A stretch of DNA of 63,582 nucleotides, the filler included, from Octopus bimaculoides (taxonomy: Eukaryota): NCBI RefSeq assembly GCF_001194135.2. It is 5 parts of 5 records of this genome, joined end to end, with 100 filler letters (N's around TTAATTAATTAA, not from the genome) between each part and the next. Parts side by side here need not be neighbours in the genome. Positions count along the whole stretch, not along the records: positions 9,805 to 30,138 come from NC_068984.1; 4 more parts are not named here. One strand, given 5' to 3'. Position 1 is the first letter of the stretch. Each line of letters starts with the position of its first letter. Shown here in pieces: positions 10,901-24,508 of this stretch. A program made the position numbers and the translations under genes. Below the pieces are notes generated by a model, which saw nothing but the letters and a program-made list of their open reading frames with translations, searched no databases and was not told where the DNA came from.

Positions 10901-13900
10901 TTTTATCAGTTTGTTCCTCTTGCAACACTATTGCTTTGTAGATTTTTTTAATGTAATTTTCAGCTTCGATCCATTATAATTGTAATTGTTTTCGGCAGTG
11001 GGCTTCGTGCTTCTAAATATATAGTTGTTTATAACTTGCATTGCGTATTTTTTCTTTCATTTCTTGAGCAGCTATAGTTAACTTTTAGACTGTTTCTATT
11101 AAACAGCGTGTGGTGTCTGTAGCCATTCTGTCAAGTGTATCTGCTATCAATATGATATTGCAATTTTAATTTTTATTTATGTATCGAGATTGAAACGAAT
11201 GTAAAATAAAATCTATATTGGACATGGGATTCGAATATTTCACCTTTCGTTTGGTGGTCTGTAACTATATTATTCGACTAAATTTATTCTTGAACACTAA
11301 CTAAAACGATAATAACAGCAAAAATGATGCTTTTTGCATTGGTACAAGGCCACAAAGTTGTAGGAAGTAATTTAATACATGTACTTAACACCAGTACATA
11401 ATTACAGGTGCTAAATTACTATAAGTTAAAGCTGATTCAGGAGAGATTTCTTCTCGTAATCTGGAGGGATGAAAGTAAATTCTGTAAGGCACAGACATTG
11501 TTTTGTGCTTCACTGTTTCTAATAAAAACTCTAGCAACAATTTCTTGCAGTATTACAAATCTGAACATTTGTTTGGAGTGAGTGCAGACGATTAGTTAAA
11601 GTAACTCGATGAGGCAGCCAGGATTTGTTGCCTGGCTTTATATGCTATCTGGTTCCTGGATACATATAGTGGAATATAGTAGGTTGCAAACATCCGTGTC
11701 AAGTCTCTTGTCGAAGGATAACTTCTTCCCACCAGTAATGGAGACCACCAAACGGATTAAAGGTGCTGACTAAACCACCAGAACATAATGGAATGTTAAA
11801 ACCGGTACATTTATTAATTATTTTACGAACCCCAAATAGAATTTGAACTTAGAATACAAAGAAAGGAGATAATCAGGAACTGAAGCAAGAATAAATATAT
11901 TTATGACGTCTGAGCTTGGAACAGAATTCCACCAAAATAAAGAAAAACAATGTTAGATCATAGTCGATAAAATAGAGCCCAGTACTTCACTGACATTTAG
12001 TTTATCGACCCGAAAGGATGAGTAATAAATTCGGATTCGGCGTGAGCTGAACTTAAAATGTAAAGATCCATAATTAAATACAATTATATAGCAGAAAGCA
12101 CTTTGTCCGGCGTTTTATAGACGGTCTTGATTTTTTTAAAGTAATAAATCTATTCTTTTACATTGTAAAAGACACTTGTTTAACATACTATGAATAAAAT
12201 TTATTAGACCTGAAATAAACTAGTACCCTATGTCGTCTATTTTCTATATATATATTACTCCAGATTTCTATGGGACTAGTCTTCGTGCAAGGAATTCAAA
12301 GCGAACGATTCACGGAACCGGTGGAAATCCTGTCGATATAATAAGAAAATTCCCGAAAACTTCCACCAGGAACTGCCACAAATATTAATCCTATTATGTT
12401 TTGGGTCTAACTACATATATTTCTCTCTTGAGAATTGTGTTAAAGTATAAATGTAACATAAATGTTAACGTTTCCTAAGCAACAAGGAGCTTTTAAGGAT
12501 TACTACTTAACTGCAGTTTCATATCATGCATGTAGGCAATAATATACTGATTCTTTGATAGAATGAAATGTAATATTTCCATGTAACCCTTTTTAATTAT
12601 TACCTTTGCAAGCCCTTCAGGCTAGCACCTTTTGTCTATACTGATACCCTCACCCTCATGGTACATGTTCTCCAATATTTCTTAAACTGGGACATATAAT
12701 TCAATGTACTATCGAATACACAACGAAACGATTATTATAATTTGAACACAAGACCTATGAGATGGTAGACAACAGATACCATATTCCTTCTCTCACTTTG
12801 TTTCCATTTGTGAGACATGAAGACATCATGCTTGCATGTATGAATGTATGTTTGTATGTACGTATGTATGCATGTATGAATGTATCCATGTATGCACGTA
12901 TGTGTGTATGTATGTGTCTGTGAATGTATGTATGTATGTAAGTGTGAATGTGTGTGCGCGCGCACCCTAAGAGCTTCCGTTGGACGGGCTGAATTAATAT
13001 TGTTGGGAACAGAAGGGAATGCAAATGCCCAGCCTTAGATGACGTGAAAGTGCGAATAAAGAAAAGAGTACAAATATATTTTTGCTTTGTTTTTTCAGGC
13101 TCGAAGAAAAGTTTATTGAGATTGGGATAATCTCAGTTTTAAGAATACTTTTAAATGAATTCGAAATACGATTCCTCTTGGCGTAGGAGGGTGAGCTTGA
13201 GCTGGTCTGGTCTATCATAAATGTCTTACCCAGAAACGGAGGACTCATGGAGAGAAGCGTCACGGGTTCTGTCCTTACTCCACAGATTAACAAATGAATA
13301 AATAATAACTAAAAAGAACTAAAACAAAACTCTACATCAACATGGCCACCCTCGGTACAGTTATCCGGGTTAAAATGAGTGCAAAAGGTGCAAAAGTTTA
13401 GCATCAGCTCGACTGCTCTTCCTTCTTCTCCACATCGTTTCAGATGTACGTGATGCAACTTCAGACGCCAGCGAACACCCACGATTTGAATCAACAATAT
13501 TGTTGTGGCAAGGGTAAACAGATGGTTTCTGTCGTTTCATCAGTTGTGCCTCTACCATGGAACCAAATGCCTGACAGCATCCCCACTACGAAATTGGCCT
13601 CTGTATCAAATCATCTAGAACTAAGAGATGGAAATACCGAATCAAAGTTGTTTGTTTTCCAAGACTCGTATATAGTTTTTTCTTGAATTTTCAAATTGAT
13701 AAAAGTGAAATATTTTCAAAATCCGAAACTCGATGATAGCGGTGGTGGAAGTGCTGGTGTTGGTGTTAGTGGGAATGGTAGAGGTGTGGCGTCGCCGGTC
13801 GTCGTTGTCGTTGTTGAAGATGTGGTGGTTTGGATAATATATATATATATANNNNNNNNNNNNNNNNNNNNNNNNNNNNNNNNNNNNNNNNNNNNNNNNN

Positions 13901-14780
13901 NNNNNNNNNNNNNNNNNNNNNNNNNNNNNNNNNNNNNNNNNNNNNNNNNNNNNNNNNNNNNNNNNNNNNNNNNNNNNNNNNNNNNNNNNNNNNNNNNNNN
14001 NNNNNNNNNNNNNNNNNNNNNNNNNNNNNNNNNNNNNNNNNNNNNNNNNNNNNNNNNNNNNNNNNNNNTGTATGTATGTATGTATGTATGTATGTATGTA
14101 TGTATTTACAATTTGAAAAATTTAATAAAAGCAATTACAATTGAATACAAAATATTTTTATCGACTTAAAATTTCAAACTGCAAAGAGAGAAAGAGAAAG
14201 AGGGAGAAAGTTAGAACGAGAAACAGAGAAAAGTAGAAATAAATGCCAAGTGCCATTTTCTCCGTCGCTCTCACGGTTCTGCCAGCTCTTATTTTAATTT
14301 AGATTTAAGGGCAGCAGTTATGAGGGAAAGGAGTTAATCAATACGATTATTTCCAGAATTTGCATGGTACTTTATTTTATCGATCTCGGCAGCAATGAAA
14401 AGCAAAGATGTCCTTCAAGTGGTTTAAACAGAAAATGTAAAGGGCTGAACCAAATAACACAAGATATTGATCAAGATTCTAATGATTCTGCGAGTACATC
14501 AGCCTAAAAATGAAATAATAATCTGAAAAAAAAGAAAACAAATAGAAATAGATATGATTATGTAGCAAAACAACAAAATTAAGGAAGGTTTCTGATTTTG
14601 GCATTAAGGACACATATGAGATAGTTGATACCATCGATCGCAGCACTTGACTAGCAGTTGACCCTACATTTAGGAAAAGTGAAGTTGTGCATAACAAGAT
14701 TTGAACTCAGAGTGTAAAGAGTCAGAGAAACATGACAAAGTTGTATTTTTTCCACGATTTTCTAACAGTACTTCCAGCTC

Positions 14781-15166
14781 CAGTGGCGGTGCAATGGCCC
14801 AGTGGTTAGGGCAGCAGATCGCGGTCGTAGGATCGCGGTTTCGATTCCCAGACCGGGCGTTGTGAATGTTTATTGAGCGAAAACACCTAAAGCTCCACGA
14901 GGCTCCGGCAGGGGATGGTGGCGAACCCTGCTGTACTCTTTCACCACAACTTTCTCTCACTCTTTCTTCCTGTTTCTGTTGTGCTTGTAATTCAAAGGGC
15001 CAGCCTTGTCACACTGTGTCACGCTGAATAGCCCCGAGAACTACGTTAAGGGTACACGTGTCTGTGGAGTGCTCAGCCACTTGCACGTTAATTTCACGAG
15101 CAGGCTGTTCCGTTGATCGGATCAACTGGAACCCTCGACGTCGTAAGCGACGGAGTTCCAACAACA
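14781..15166 (+). mobile_element. tRNA-derived SINE family D, full length, (ACA)n tail, 9-bp TSD
   Basis: A-box TGGCCCAGTGG and B-box-like GTTTCGATTCC. TSD ACTTCCAGC at 14770-14778 and 15167-15175. A decayed 3' part also occurs at 29090-29255. Confidence 0.9.
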
Positions 15167-15304
15167 ACTTCCAGCCCGACAACAAAGTAAATAATACAAA
15201 ATAATAAATAAATGAATAATAAAAAAAAACTAAAACCTATATGCTGGTTTTGATACTGTTTTTGTTGTTTTTGTTGATGTTGTTGTTGTTGTTGCTGTTG
15301 TTGT

Positions 15305-15353
<49 letters not shown>

Positions 15354-16075
15354 AGAGCAGACCCATGGTCAGACGTGTTCCAGCTGTCATCATGCTATCT
15401 TTCTATTTTCAGACACACCGCATCTACGAGTACGTTATCAGATATAGCCTTCTTTCCTTTTATGATTATAGGTTAAGATTTGATGAGATTTGGCTGCTGT
15501 TTTTAACATATCAAGTGACCATATAGAAGCCTTCTTCTTTGACTCAACCAGCTTGTGTGAGCTTCCTCGTTTAATTCTTGATAGATATCAATTCGTAAGG
15601 TGACTTGTTCTCCATTTGCAACTTATTTTATGTGAATTCAATTGAAAGAGAATTATTTTTATGAGTCGTGAAGGGAAGTAGAATGGAGACATTCTCACCT
15701 CTGACCAACGTTCCACCCGAAACAGGTTTTATTTCTGATTCCGACTTTTGCTAAAGACAATTTGATTAGGCCTCAAATTCTATAAAATAAATAAATAAAT
15801 ATCAATCAACGAGTAGCCCTTAAACGCAATCGCACGACCTGCTAGAAATAATAGTCAATCAAGCGTCCTTAAATAAAACCCTATTCTTTGTTTTATAGCT
15901 TTGTCAGGGAAGGAAAGACGCTTGTGACCTTTTTTAAGGCCTTTCGAGTGAAGGGGAAGATATTGATATTGCCACAATGGAAACCTGGTCCGAAAGATTG
16001 CAACAGAATGAACTCAAGGCTAGAATGCATTGAGTAACACAGTCTTAGGTACGCAATTCCTAAGAGATTAATGCT

Positions 16076-16415
16076 CTGAGACCCCCTTCGGTCATGACTG
16101 ACCATGGAATTGCACCTAGAAAGTTACCCTCCCGGGTACAAGTCCGGGCAAGGCTGTTTATGAAAGATCAGCAGTCGCCCATGCATACCGGCCTCCCCAC
16201 TCCACGCCACCAGTGTTATCCAAGGGAAAGGTAAAGGCCGATACAGCTTGGCACCTGTGACGTCGCAACTCATTTCTACAGCTGAGTGAACTGGGGCAAT
16301 GCAAAAATAAACTGTCTTGCTCAAGAGCACAACACGCAGCCCGGTCCGGGATTCGAACTCACAACTTCACGATCGTAAGCTCGACACTCTAACCACTTAG
16401 CCATGCGCCTTCACA
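16076..16415 (-). mobile_element. tRNA-derived SINE family C with CORE-like domain, full length, 11-bp TSD
   Basis: A-box TGGCTAAGTGG, B-box GTTCGAATCC, then GTGCTCTTGAGCAAGACAG. TSD AGATTAATGCT at 16065-16075 and 16416-16426. Confidence 0.9.
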
Positions 16416-18187
16416 AGATTAATGCTATGGTCATGTCTAGAATGTCTTTGATCAGAGATGTGGCGTGGCACTAAGTATAACACTGGGTTGATATGATATT
16501 AAACAACAAATAACTTTATTTTTCTTTTATTTCATGCCCTTACACTAATAGATGGATCATGCTTTATTTTATTCAACTTTGGCAAACAGGGATACTGCAC
16601 AACCATTTCAAAGAACACCAGTACGAGTTTGGTGCTTACATCCTAGATGAATACTAAGCATTTTCGCTAATTTCACTAGAATTCGAAATCATAGTACGGA
16701 GGTACGACGTTAAATATAGAATATTCAGATTGTAACCTCGTCACACTATAAATCTATAAGAAACGGATACAGTTGCTTGAGTTGATTTGTACATACCTGA
16801 TATTTATTTCATGGAATGTATATTCCAGTGAAATAAAAGACAAAGTTGACGTCTGAGGAATTCGAATACATAAAGTGTTCGAATTCAAAATTTGACTCGA
16901 TCTAATCAACTCATCCCTCAACTCTAAATTTGTAATTATGTAAGGAATTATTGTTTATTCCAAGTCCTTCTAGATTTCTATGCATTCTTGATCTTTGTGC
17001 TATTGGTTAAAGCGTCCAAACAATATTGAGAACCCCAAAATGGGTAAACCGGCAGCTAAATTATCGCTTAAATTATTCCACGGCCACGAAAAAAAAAAGG
17101 GACTACATATTCTATCCTTATTTGTTTTCTCAAGTCAACTCTAATGCGGAATCGATTGAAATATGCCCAGTCGTTTTATATGAATTCCAAGATTTTCCGA
17201 GTTCCCATTTCATTTCATGTCTGGTATAGGTGGAATATTTACCCGTCTTTTTTTTTTCTTTTTTTTTTTTTTTTGCATAATTGTATTGAAACTTCCACAA
17301 AAAATTAAACTCTGAGGAAACATCTACAAGAACGTAAGATATCATGAAACTACTTCTTGATTTTAATGTTCTTGGCATTTGTTGATATCCGTAAATGTAC
17401 AAAACGACAACTCCGAATAAACTTCGGTGGATTTAATACTCTTCGGATAATTATAAGCCTCTATGTAATTACTAGATTAGTGATAAATTCCCCAAATTAA
17501 TGTACAATAATCTAAACGAGTACAGAATTTTACTTGTTTAGTATATGACCTTATCTGAGCTCGTCTGCTAATACTAAAGCAATTAAATCGTGGAATAGTG
17601 GAAAGTTGGAAGCGTGGTGTCATAGTAGCCAATAAAAGACGCACATAATCCCTTATACTCAATTGTGTTTTACTTTGTTATTGTAATTAATTCTACAAAG
17701 TGTCAAAAAAACGTTGATGGACATCTTCGACCTGGTTACAGATATAATTTCACTAAATCTTTTGGAACTCAGATTTTTTTTTTTAAATGTTCCAATCATT
17801 TCGAATACTTTTGCACATTTAACTATCAGTTATCATGCGGGTTAGTGACAGTGCGTGAGAATTATTTAATTTTTATAGATTCTCTCTTTCGCTACTCCAG
17901 CAGATACACAAATCTATGTATTTACTTGTGAGTCAATCAAAAACAAACACATCAGCAGCTACAGAAATGTGATTATCCCAAATAAAAGCAAACCGTGCAT
18001 AGTTATCTCCCGTACTTGCCCATAAAAAATAGCTGTTAGTTACCAAGTAATTTTTTTTTTCACCATATATCTTTTACATTACTTTAGCTTTTTATTTTAA
18101 TCTTTTCTAGCATTAAAAATGCTTTTACCTACTTGACTATCATTTATCAACCAGATGGCACCCGAAAACTGTTGAATTTTTAAACAA

Positions 18188-18243
<56 letters not shown>

Positions 18244-18283
18244 NNNNNNNNNNCTCTATATATATATATATATATATATCTCC

Positions 18284-18327
<44 letters not shown>

Positions 18328-19518
18328 ACACTCACTCTCTCTCTCTTCAAACACCCGCAAATATACAGTTTTGTATATTTAGTTAGTGATTCAATCTCTA
18401 ACACTTCGCGGGTACAGTGAGATTATATTTCCAATGAAGCCTCCTCCCACCCCACCCAAACAAGGATGAAACGTCCAGAATCATTTCTTGTATATTTGTT
18501 GATGAAAGATAATATTAGTAATATTATTTTAGTTTATATTTTCCTCCTGTATATATGAGCTTACTTTATTTTGTCTTGGTTTTTAATACTTAACGCATTA
18601 AAATTGCGTCCAACCATTTAACTTCCATTACATTAGTCAAGATTTCATCTCGCTATTTTCTTTTGCAATTCTTTTGAGTAATCACTTTGGTTAATTAGCT
18701 GAAACATTAGATCGCAAGAATAAAATGGAATACAGTATTTAGTTTCGTTCTTCTTCAAATCTTGTTGGTGTTGAGATTATTTTTAATTTCTTTAGGAGTC
18801 GATGGAGTAATTAACAGTTATATACAGGGTTCATTCCATTGACTATACACCCAGGAAATGTAATCTTTTGGGTACTTAAACAAAATTATTCATTTGCCAG
18901 GAGACTTATCTTAATACTTGGTATCATTGTTTACTTGAGTATATGATCTGAATATTTTTTCAGAGTGCCCGGTTATAATACTTATTTTAAATACTTTTTT
19001 TTCCTTTTAAGCATTATATATCTGTGCTTATTCTAAGTATGTTTGGCATCCTTTATCAAAAGCATAATTAAAATCAATTAAGGAGGTTTGAAATTGCAGT
19101 TGGAGATTTGTAGGGTAACAACAGTGATCATGCAGCCAAAGTAAGGAGAGCACATTGCAACTGAGAGGCATCAACTGTCCCAGTTAATAGGTAAATGTTT
19201 AGCGGTCATATTGAATACTAACGCTGAGCAGTAACCTACTACGTCCAGTGTAGTAACCATTGGTCCTAACTTCATTCAGTATGATCTATAAGTACTAATC
19301 ATGAATTTTAGCCAGGAATGTTAGTCCAGAATATTTGGAATGCTAACCTTACGAATTAGCTCCCAGTAATAATCCCTAAGAACAGATTCTTAATACTTGA
19401 TCTTCACTACCCATTCACAAAGAAAAGGCAATGGGATCTCGTTACTTTATCCCAATTTTGAAAAGATAAGTATAGCCATATATCTACGTACATGTTATTA
19501 CCGAATAGTAGTGTACAT

Positions 19519-19652
19519 CAGTGCTCCGCGTGCCACGATACGATATTAGGTGTGCTGCATTTTAACCCGAACATAATTCTTTTCCCCATACTTTTAGTTA
19601 TATTTTAGTTCAAGTGTGCCGCCGATGTGAAAAAAACCGTTGCGGAGCGCTG
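19519..19652. mobile_element. hAT-like MITE
   Basis: TIR CAGTGCTCCGC / GCGGAGCGCTG (10 of 11). The flanking 8-mers GTGTACAT and GTTTAGAG only partly match. Confidence 0.5.
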
Positions 19653-20052
19653 GTTTAGAGTAACGATTCACAACTCTTTTCGGAAGGTTGGCCACAAAGT
19701 CTCACCAACTGTTAAGTTACTCTTAATTTCATTATGTACTCATAGTAACAGAGTAGGATGTAAATATTTTAAATTAAGAAATTAATTATACATTGTATAA
19801 GATAACTGTAAATATACTTTAAATTGAAGTAGATTTTAAGATTATCCTATGTCAAAAAAGAAAAATAACGATATACTTGATCTCGTGGAATTCACTGTGA
19901 ACTATCAAAGTTTCAGCATGAACTGCTGGTGTTTCATTTGACCCACGATGTGCATCAGTACTACGGAGTGCACTTAGGATCTTATTGTTATTATGTATTA
20001 AAGTTATATGATACATTTTGAGTATTAGCATCTTAATACTATCGCAGCTATA

Positions 20053-20467
20053 AAGGCGGCGAGCTGGCAGAAACGTTAGCATGCCGTGCGAAATGATCAG
20101 CGGTATTTCGTCTGCCGTTACGTTCTGAGTTCAAATTCCGCCAGGGTTGACTTTGCCTTTTATCCTTTCGGGGTCGATAAATTATGTTACGCACTAGGAC
20201 TCGATGTAATCGACTTAATCCCCTTGTTTGTCCCCCCTATGTTTAGCCCCTTGTGAGAAATAAGAAACGTTAGCACGCCGCGCGAAGTGCTTGGCAGTAT
20301 CTTGTCTGTCTTTACGTTCTGAGTTCAAATTCCACCGAGGTCGACTTTGCCTTTTATCCTTTCGGGGTCGATAAATTAAGTACCAGTTGCGTAGTGTGGT
20401 CGACCTAATCGACTGGGCCCCTCCCCCAAAATTTTAGGCCTTGTGCCTAGAGTAGAAAAGAATATTA
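20053..20467 (+). mobile_element. SINE family B, two tandem copies
   Basis: AAGGCGGCGAGCTGGCAGAAACGTTAGC...TTCTGAGTTCAAATTCC...GACTTTGCCTTTTATCCTTTCGGGGTCGATAAATT occurs twice. Other copies at about 7590-7700(-), 11950-12120(-), 14250-14450(-), 26455-26740(+), 34200-35030(+), 41420-41500(-), 49030-49460(+). Confidence 0.9.
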
Positions 20468-21175
20468 TTCCAACTATTTCTTTCCTTTCTATTTCTTATC
20501 TATTCAACAACCCCCATTTAGAAGTATTTATACTTGAGCGTGCACTTGTCCAAAACTATCTCCCTTTATCCGCTTGTATCTTATCCTCCTCCTAATACGA
20601 CTCTTCTATCGCGGCGACATTGGAACCTCTAACAACTTTGCATGAAATAGCGACCAACTCTCCTTCAAATCACACGCTAACATTGTTTTTACAAACAATG
20701 AATAAGTAAATAAAAGGAAGGGCAGAATGAATAACAGGTGGAAAGGCTGAGGTTGAAGTACATTTGATAATAGGACATCTCGATCAAGGCTGACAAGGTT
20801 AAACAACAATAACAACAACACAGTAACAACAATAAAAACAACAACAACAACAGCAACAACAATAACAACAACAACAAATGTTCTGTAACCATATACTTTG
20901 GAATAATTATTTTGAAATCTCAAAGCAAATAGATAGCTGGTGGGGGAGAAAGAGTGTTTTTAAAACTGATTTTGGTTACGTAATATTCCAGGTAAAGATT
21001 TGAAATGAACCGCCTTGAAACAGAAAGAGGGCGGATAAATTTCGTGAGCAAACTGTTCAATAATGGATTATTTGTTTATTTATTTCGAAAATGGGTAGAG
21101 AGTGGAGAATTCAATCAAATTAATTTATCGTTTTTTCCTTCTTGTCTTCTCTCTCTTTATCTCTCTCTTTCTCTA

Positions 21176-21207
<32 letters not shown>

Positions 21208-22214
21208 GATTTTCTCTTTCACCTTNNNNNNNNNNNNNNNNNNNNNNNNNNNNNNNNNNNNNNNNNNNNNNNNNNNNNNNNNNNNNNNNNNNNNNNNNNN
21301 NNNNNNNNNNNNNNNNNNNNNNNNNNNNNNNNNNNNNNNNNNNNNNNNNNNNNNNNNNNNNNNNNNNNNNNNNNNNNNNNNNNNNNNNNNNNNNNNNNNN
21401 NNNNNNNNNNNNNNNNNNNNNNNNNNNNTGGTGATGATGATGATGATGATGATGATGGTAATAAAATTATTGCACATACTCATGCAGACCATTTTATTAA
21501 TTTAATTTAATTTTTGTGAGGTAGGAGGAGGCATGAAAATGCAATTTGATAATAATAATAATAATATTTTAATGATGTTTATGATGATGACGACGATGAT
21601 GATGATAGCGATGCCACTGGTAATGATGATGGTACCGATGATAATTCCTATGATTAGCAAGTGACATTTTATTTCCCCCACCTCCATCCCTATCATTACT
21701 ATTAAAGGAAAGATTTTAAAACCCTGTGAGATTTTTTTAGGGTTTGATTTTTGCATAAATTTCTTTAATCTTGGGACCGAAAAATTAAGAAAAGCACTCC
21801 TCCTCCCACATCCCCCATACCCTCATATAATCCTCCTCTCCCACCAACGTAAAATATTCTTGCACTAGCAAAGTCCCCAGGGTCTTTTTATCATTCTATA
21901 AACGTATCCAAATTGCTATGTGATTTGTTTTGTTGCTGTTGCTTTTTTGTTGTTGATAATTTTATGGGTTTTTTCCTGTTTTTCTTTGGGTTTGTTTTTG
22001 TTTATTTATTTATTTATTTTTTTTTTTTTTATTATTTAATTTCTCACATTTTAAGTATTTGCTAATGATGATGATGGATAACTGCTCATTTTTCACATAA
22101 TTTAGCTTGTAGCTATGTTTGTGTGTTTATGAGTGTTTTTGAAGTTTTGGGAGGAGATAGTGAAAAGAATCTGTTCTTAAATACAAGACTGGATCTCTTG
22201 GAAAATATTACTTT

Positions 22215-22410
22215 CAAATTTTGGCACAACGCCTGCAATCTTAGTGGAGTGGGTAAGTCGATCGCATCAATCCCACTACTCAACTGGTACTTATGTTATC
22301 GACCTGGAAAGAATGAAAGGCAAAGTCGACCTCGGTGGAATTTGAACTCAAAAAACTCAGAACGTAAAGACGGACGAAATGTCGCTAAGCATTTTGCTCG
22401 GCATCTTACT
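22215..22410 (-). mobile_element. SINE family B
   Basis: Reverse complement of the family B consensus (AAATTTTGGCAC...GAAAGGCAAAGTCGACCTCGGTGGAATTTGAACTC...CTAAGCATTT). Confidence 0.85.
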
Positions 22411-22518
22411 CTCTTGGAAAATATTAAACTAAATTCGGTATAATCATGAATTATATAAAATACATATATAAATGCAATGCATACGTTGTTGTTGATTTTA
22501 GCATTCTTCAGTAAGTAC

Positions 22519-22985
22519 TGGCTGGCCAGTAACGTATTTTTCTGCATTATATGGATAATTTATCCTTGATCACGCTATTTATAGCATTATCACGCATTTG
22601 AGAAATAAATTTATTTCTGTATCTTACAATACATCTCAATGCTTCTAAAGACAAACTTTGTTTACTCTCATCGTAAAGTTGAATTTATCGTTAGCGACTT
22701 TTAAAGCTAAATTTATAAATTCTAAAATTGCAGAAGAATTCGTTGCTGGGCAGTTTAGTTTAATGGTAAAACACTTGACATGTAATCACAGAGATGTCAG
22801 TTCGAGTCTCATGGCTGGCCGGTAACGTATTTTTCTGCATTATATGGATAAATTATCCTGATCACGCTATTTATAGCATTATCACGTGTTTGAGAAATAA
22901 ATTTATTTCTGCATCTTTCAATACATTTCAATGCTTCTAAAGACAAACTTTGTTTGTTTACTTTCATCTCAAAGTTGAATTTATT
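22519..22985 (+). repeat. Tandem duplication, 293-bp period (about 1.6 copies)
   Basis: TGGCTGGCC(A/G)GTAACGTATTTTTCTGCATTATATGGATAA starts at 22519 and 22812. The copies stay similar to AAAGTTGAATTTAT. Confidence 0.9.
22749..22820 (+). pseudogene. tRNA-Thr(UGU)-like sequence, probably non-functional
   Basis: Cloverleaf by hand: acceptor GGCAGTT/GGCTGGC (1 mismatch), D arm GTTT/AAAC, anticodon TGT at 22781-22783 with A in place of U33 and 2 stem mismatches, T loop TTCGAGT. TTTTT follows 10 nt downstream. Confidence 0.7.
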
Positions 22986-23384
22986 AAAGGTGGAGTTCCA
23001 GCCGTGACTACACCGTCTGTTTACCTGTTGAAACATTGTATATAGGTTTATAGCACAACACTCCACTTTTTTTTCTCAAAATAAAGCTTTAAGACACTGA
23101 TGTGTCACTTCAAATTGATTAATTGCTATATCTAGTAAACTAAACGATCAAGTGGAGGCGCTTTCGTTTGCTGGACAGACATACGTTAAGTGCATATAGA
23201 TATGTGTGCGTATATGCGTGTGAGTTCGTGCGTGTTTGTGTGTCAGTGTCTGTCGGTCTGTTTGTATGTATCTTTCTGGCAGTATATGTTGTGTGATCAG
23301 ATGATGATCTGGGTACTATTTCTAACATATTCATGCACACATATACACATACGCACACACAGATATATATATGTTTGTGTGTGC

Positions 23385-23426
<42 letters not shown>

Positions 23427-23914
23427 ATGCGTGTGTCGTGTGTGTGGTTGTTGAAGCTGGCACCTCACATCTAGTTATTCGAATATTACGACATCCCGAC
23501 GGTCAGTGCAGTATAGATAATCAAAATATCCTTTCCTTACTTAGATCCATATAACAATGAAAATATTGAGTGTACTTTTATAATTTTCATATGTTAGGTT
23601 GATAAATACCTTAGGAATATCCCATTAAAATTATATCAAAATCCTTTTATAACTTTTAGAGCTGTCAGTTTCGGCACAATCCTGTTTGCACTCAATTCCT
23701 ACGGAACCATCAGAGAATTTAACGTAAGTAAGATGGTAATTATCGAAAAACTAGAGGGTCACATAAAGAAACGGGTGTTATATTCGTGATCTACAAACAA
23801 AATGCCCCTAGAAAAGGTTATTCTCATTTCCGCTTTTTTTTTTTTTTTTCGTTGTTATACTGCAATGATTTTATTCGACATATTCCCCTCTCAGATCCAC
23901 ACACTTATTGCAGC

Positions 23915-24074
23915 TGTATGCAGATAATTCGTCGACAGACAATTCGCCGACAGACAATTCGCCGATTGGTCAATTGGGTGATTGGAAAATAAGGCGACAT
24001 GCGGAAGTATCGATCATGGAGTATCTATAGGTTGTCTGTCGGCCAACTGTCTGTCGACGAATCGTCCGTCTACC
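23915..24074. mobile_element. Mutator-like MITE with subterminal tandem repeats and 9-bp TSD
   Basis: TSD TATTGCAGC at 23906-23914 and 24075-24083. Imperfect TIR (G/T)GTA..C.GA..ATTCGTCGACAGACA with repeated GACAATTCGCCGACA units. Confidence 0.75.
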
Positions 24075-24508
24075 TATTGCAGCAGTCCTTTTTTTTTTAC
24101 AAAGCCTTGTAAAAGAACTCGAAAGTTTCGGCCTCCAACCAGTTCTTTCACGATACGCTTAAAGTCAGAAATTTTTCAGAACTTCCTCGTAATTATATGC
24201 ATTCTTATGGGGTTATTGTTCCATCTCTTTGTGTTCCCCATTGTCAATGACATTTCTGATTTTCTGTCCATGACTTCTACTTCGGTCTTGCAGCAGATTT
24301 GTATGGTTTGAAGCATTGGTAACATTGGTAACAGACGAAAGTTGTAATTTCTACTGTATCGATATAACAAGCAATGTTTAGTGCACTTTTTCTAGCACCT
24401 TCCTAGGAATCTTCTTAAAAAGGGCTGCTCAATTACAAGAATCTCCACCAGAGTTAGACCTTGTCACGGGAAAACCCAACAACGATGTTAGTATAATACT
24501 GCTGCCTA

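Noticed and set aside
11205-11285. tRNA-like TTCGAATCCC on the minus strand
   Set aside because: Only a B-box-like word; no cloverleaf. Probably a decayed SINE head.
22519-24000. CRISPR-like or prokaryotic system (short repeats at 23925-23965, tandem unit at 22519)
   Set aside because: No repeat-spacer regularity and no cas-like or operon-like ORFs; the context is eukaryotic repeat DNA.
24108-24150. AAAGAACT/AGTTCTTT hairpin around GAAACTTTCG
   Set aside because: No NUGANNA core and no NUH site in register.
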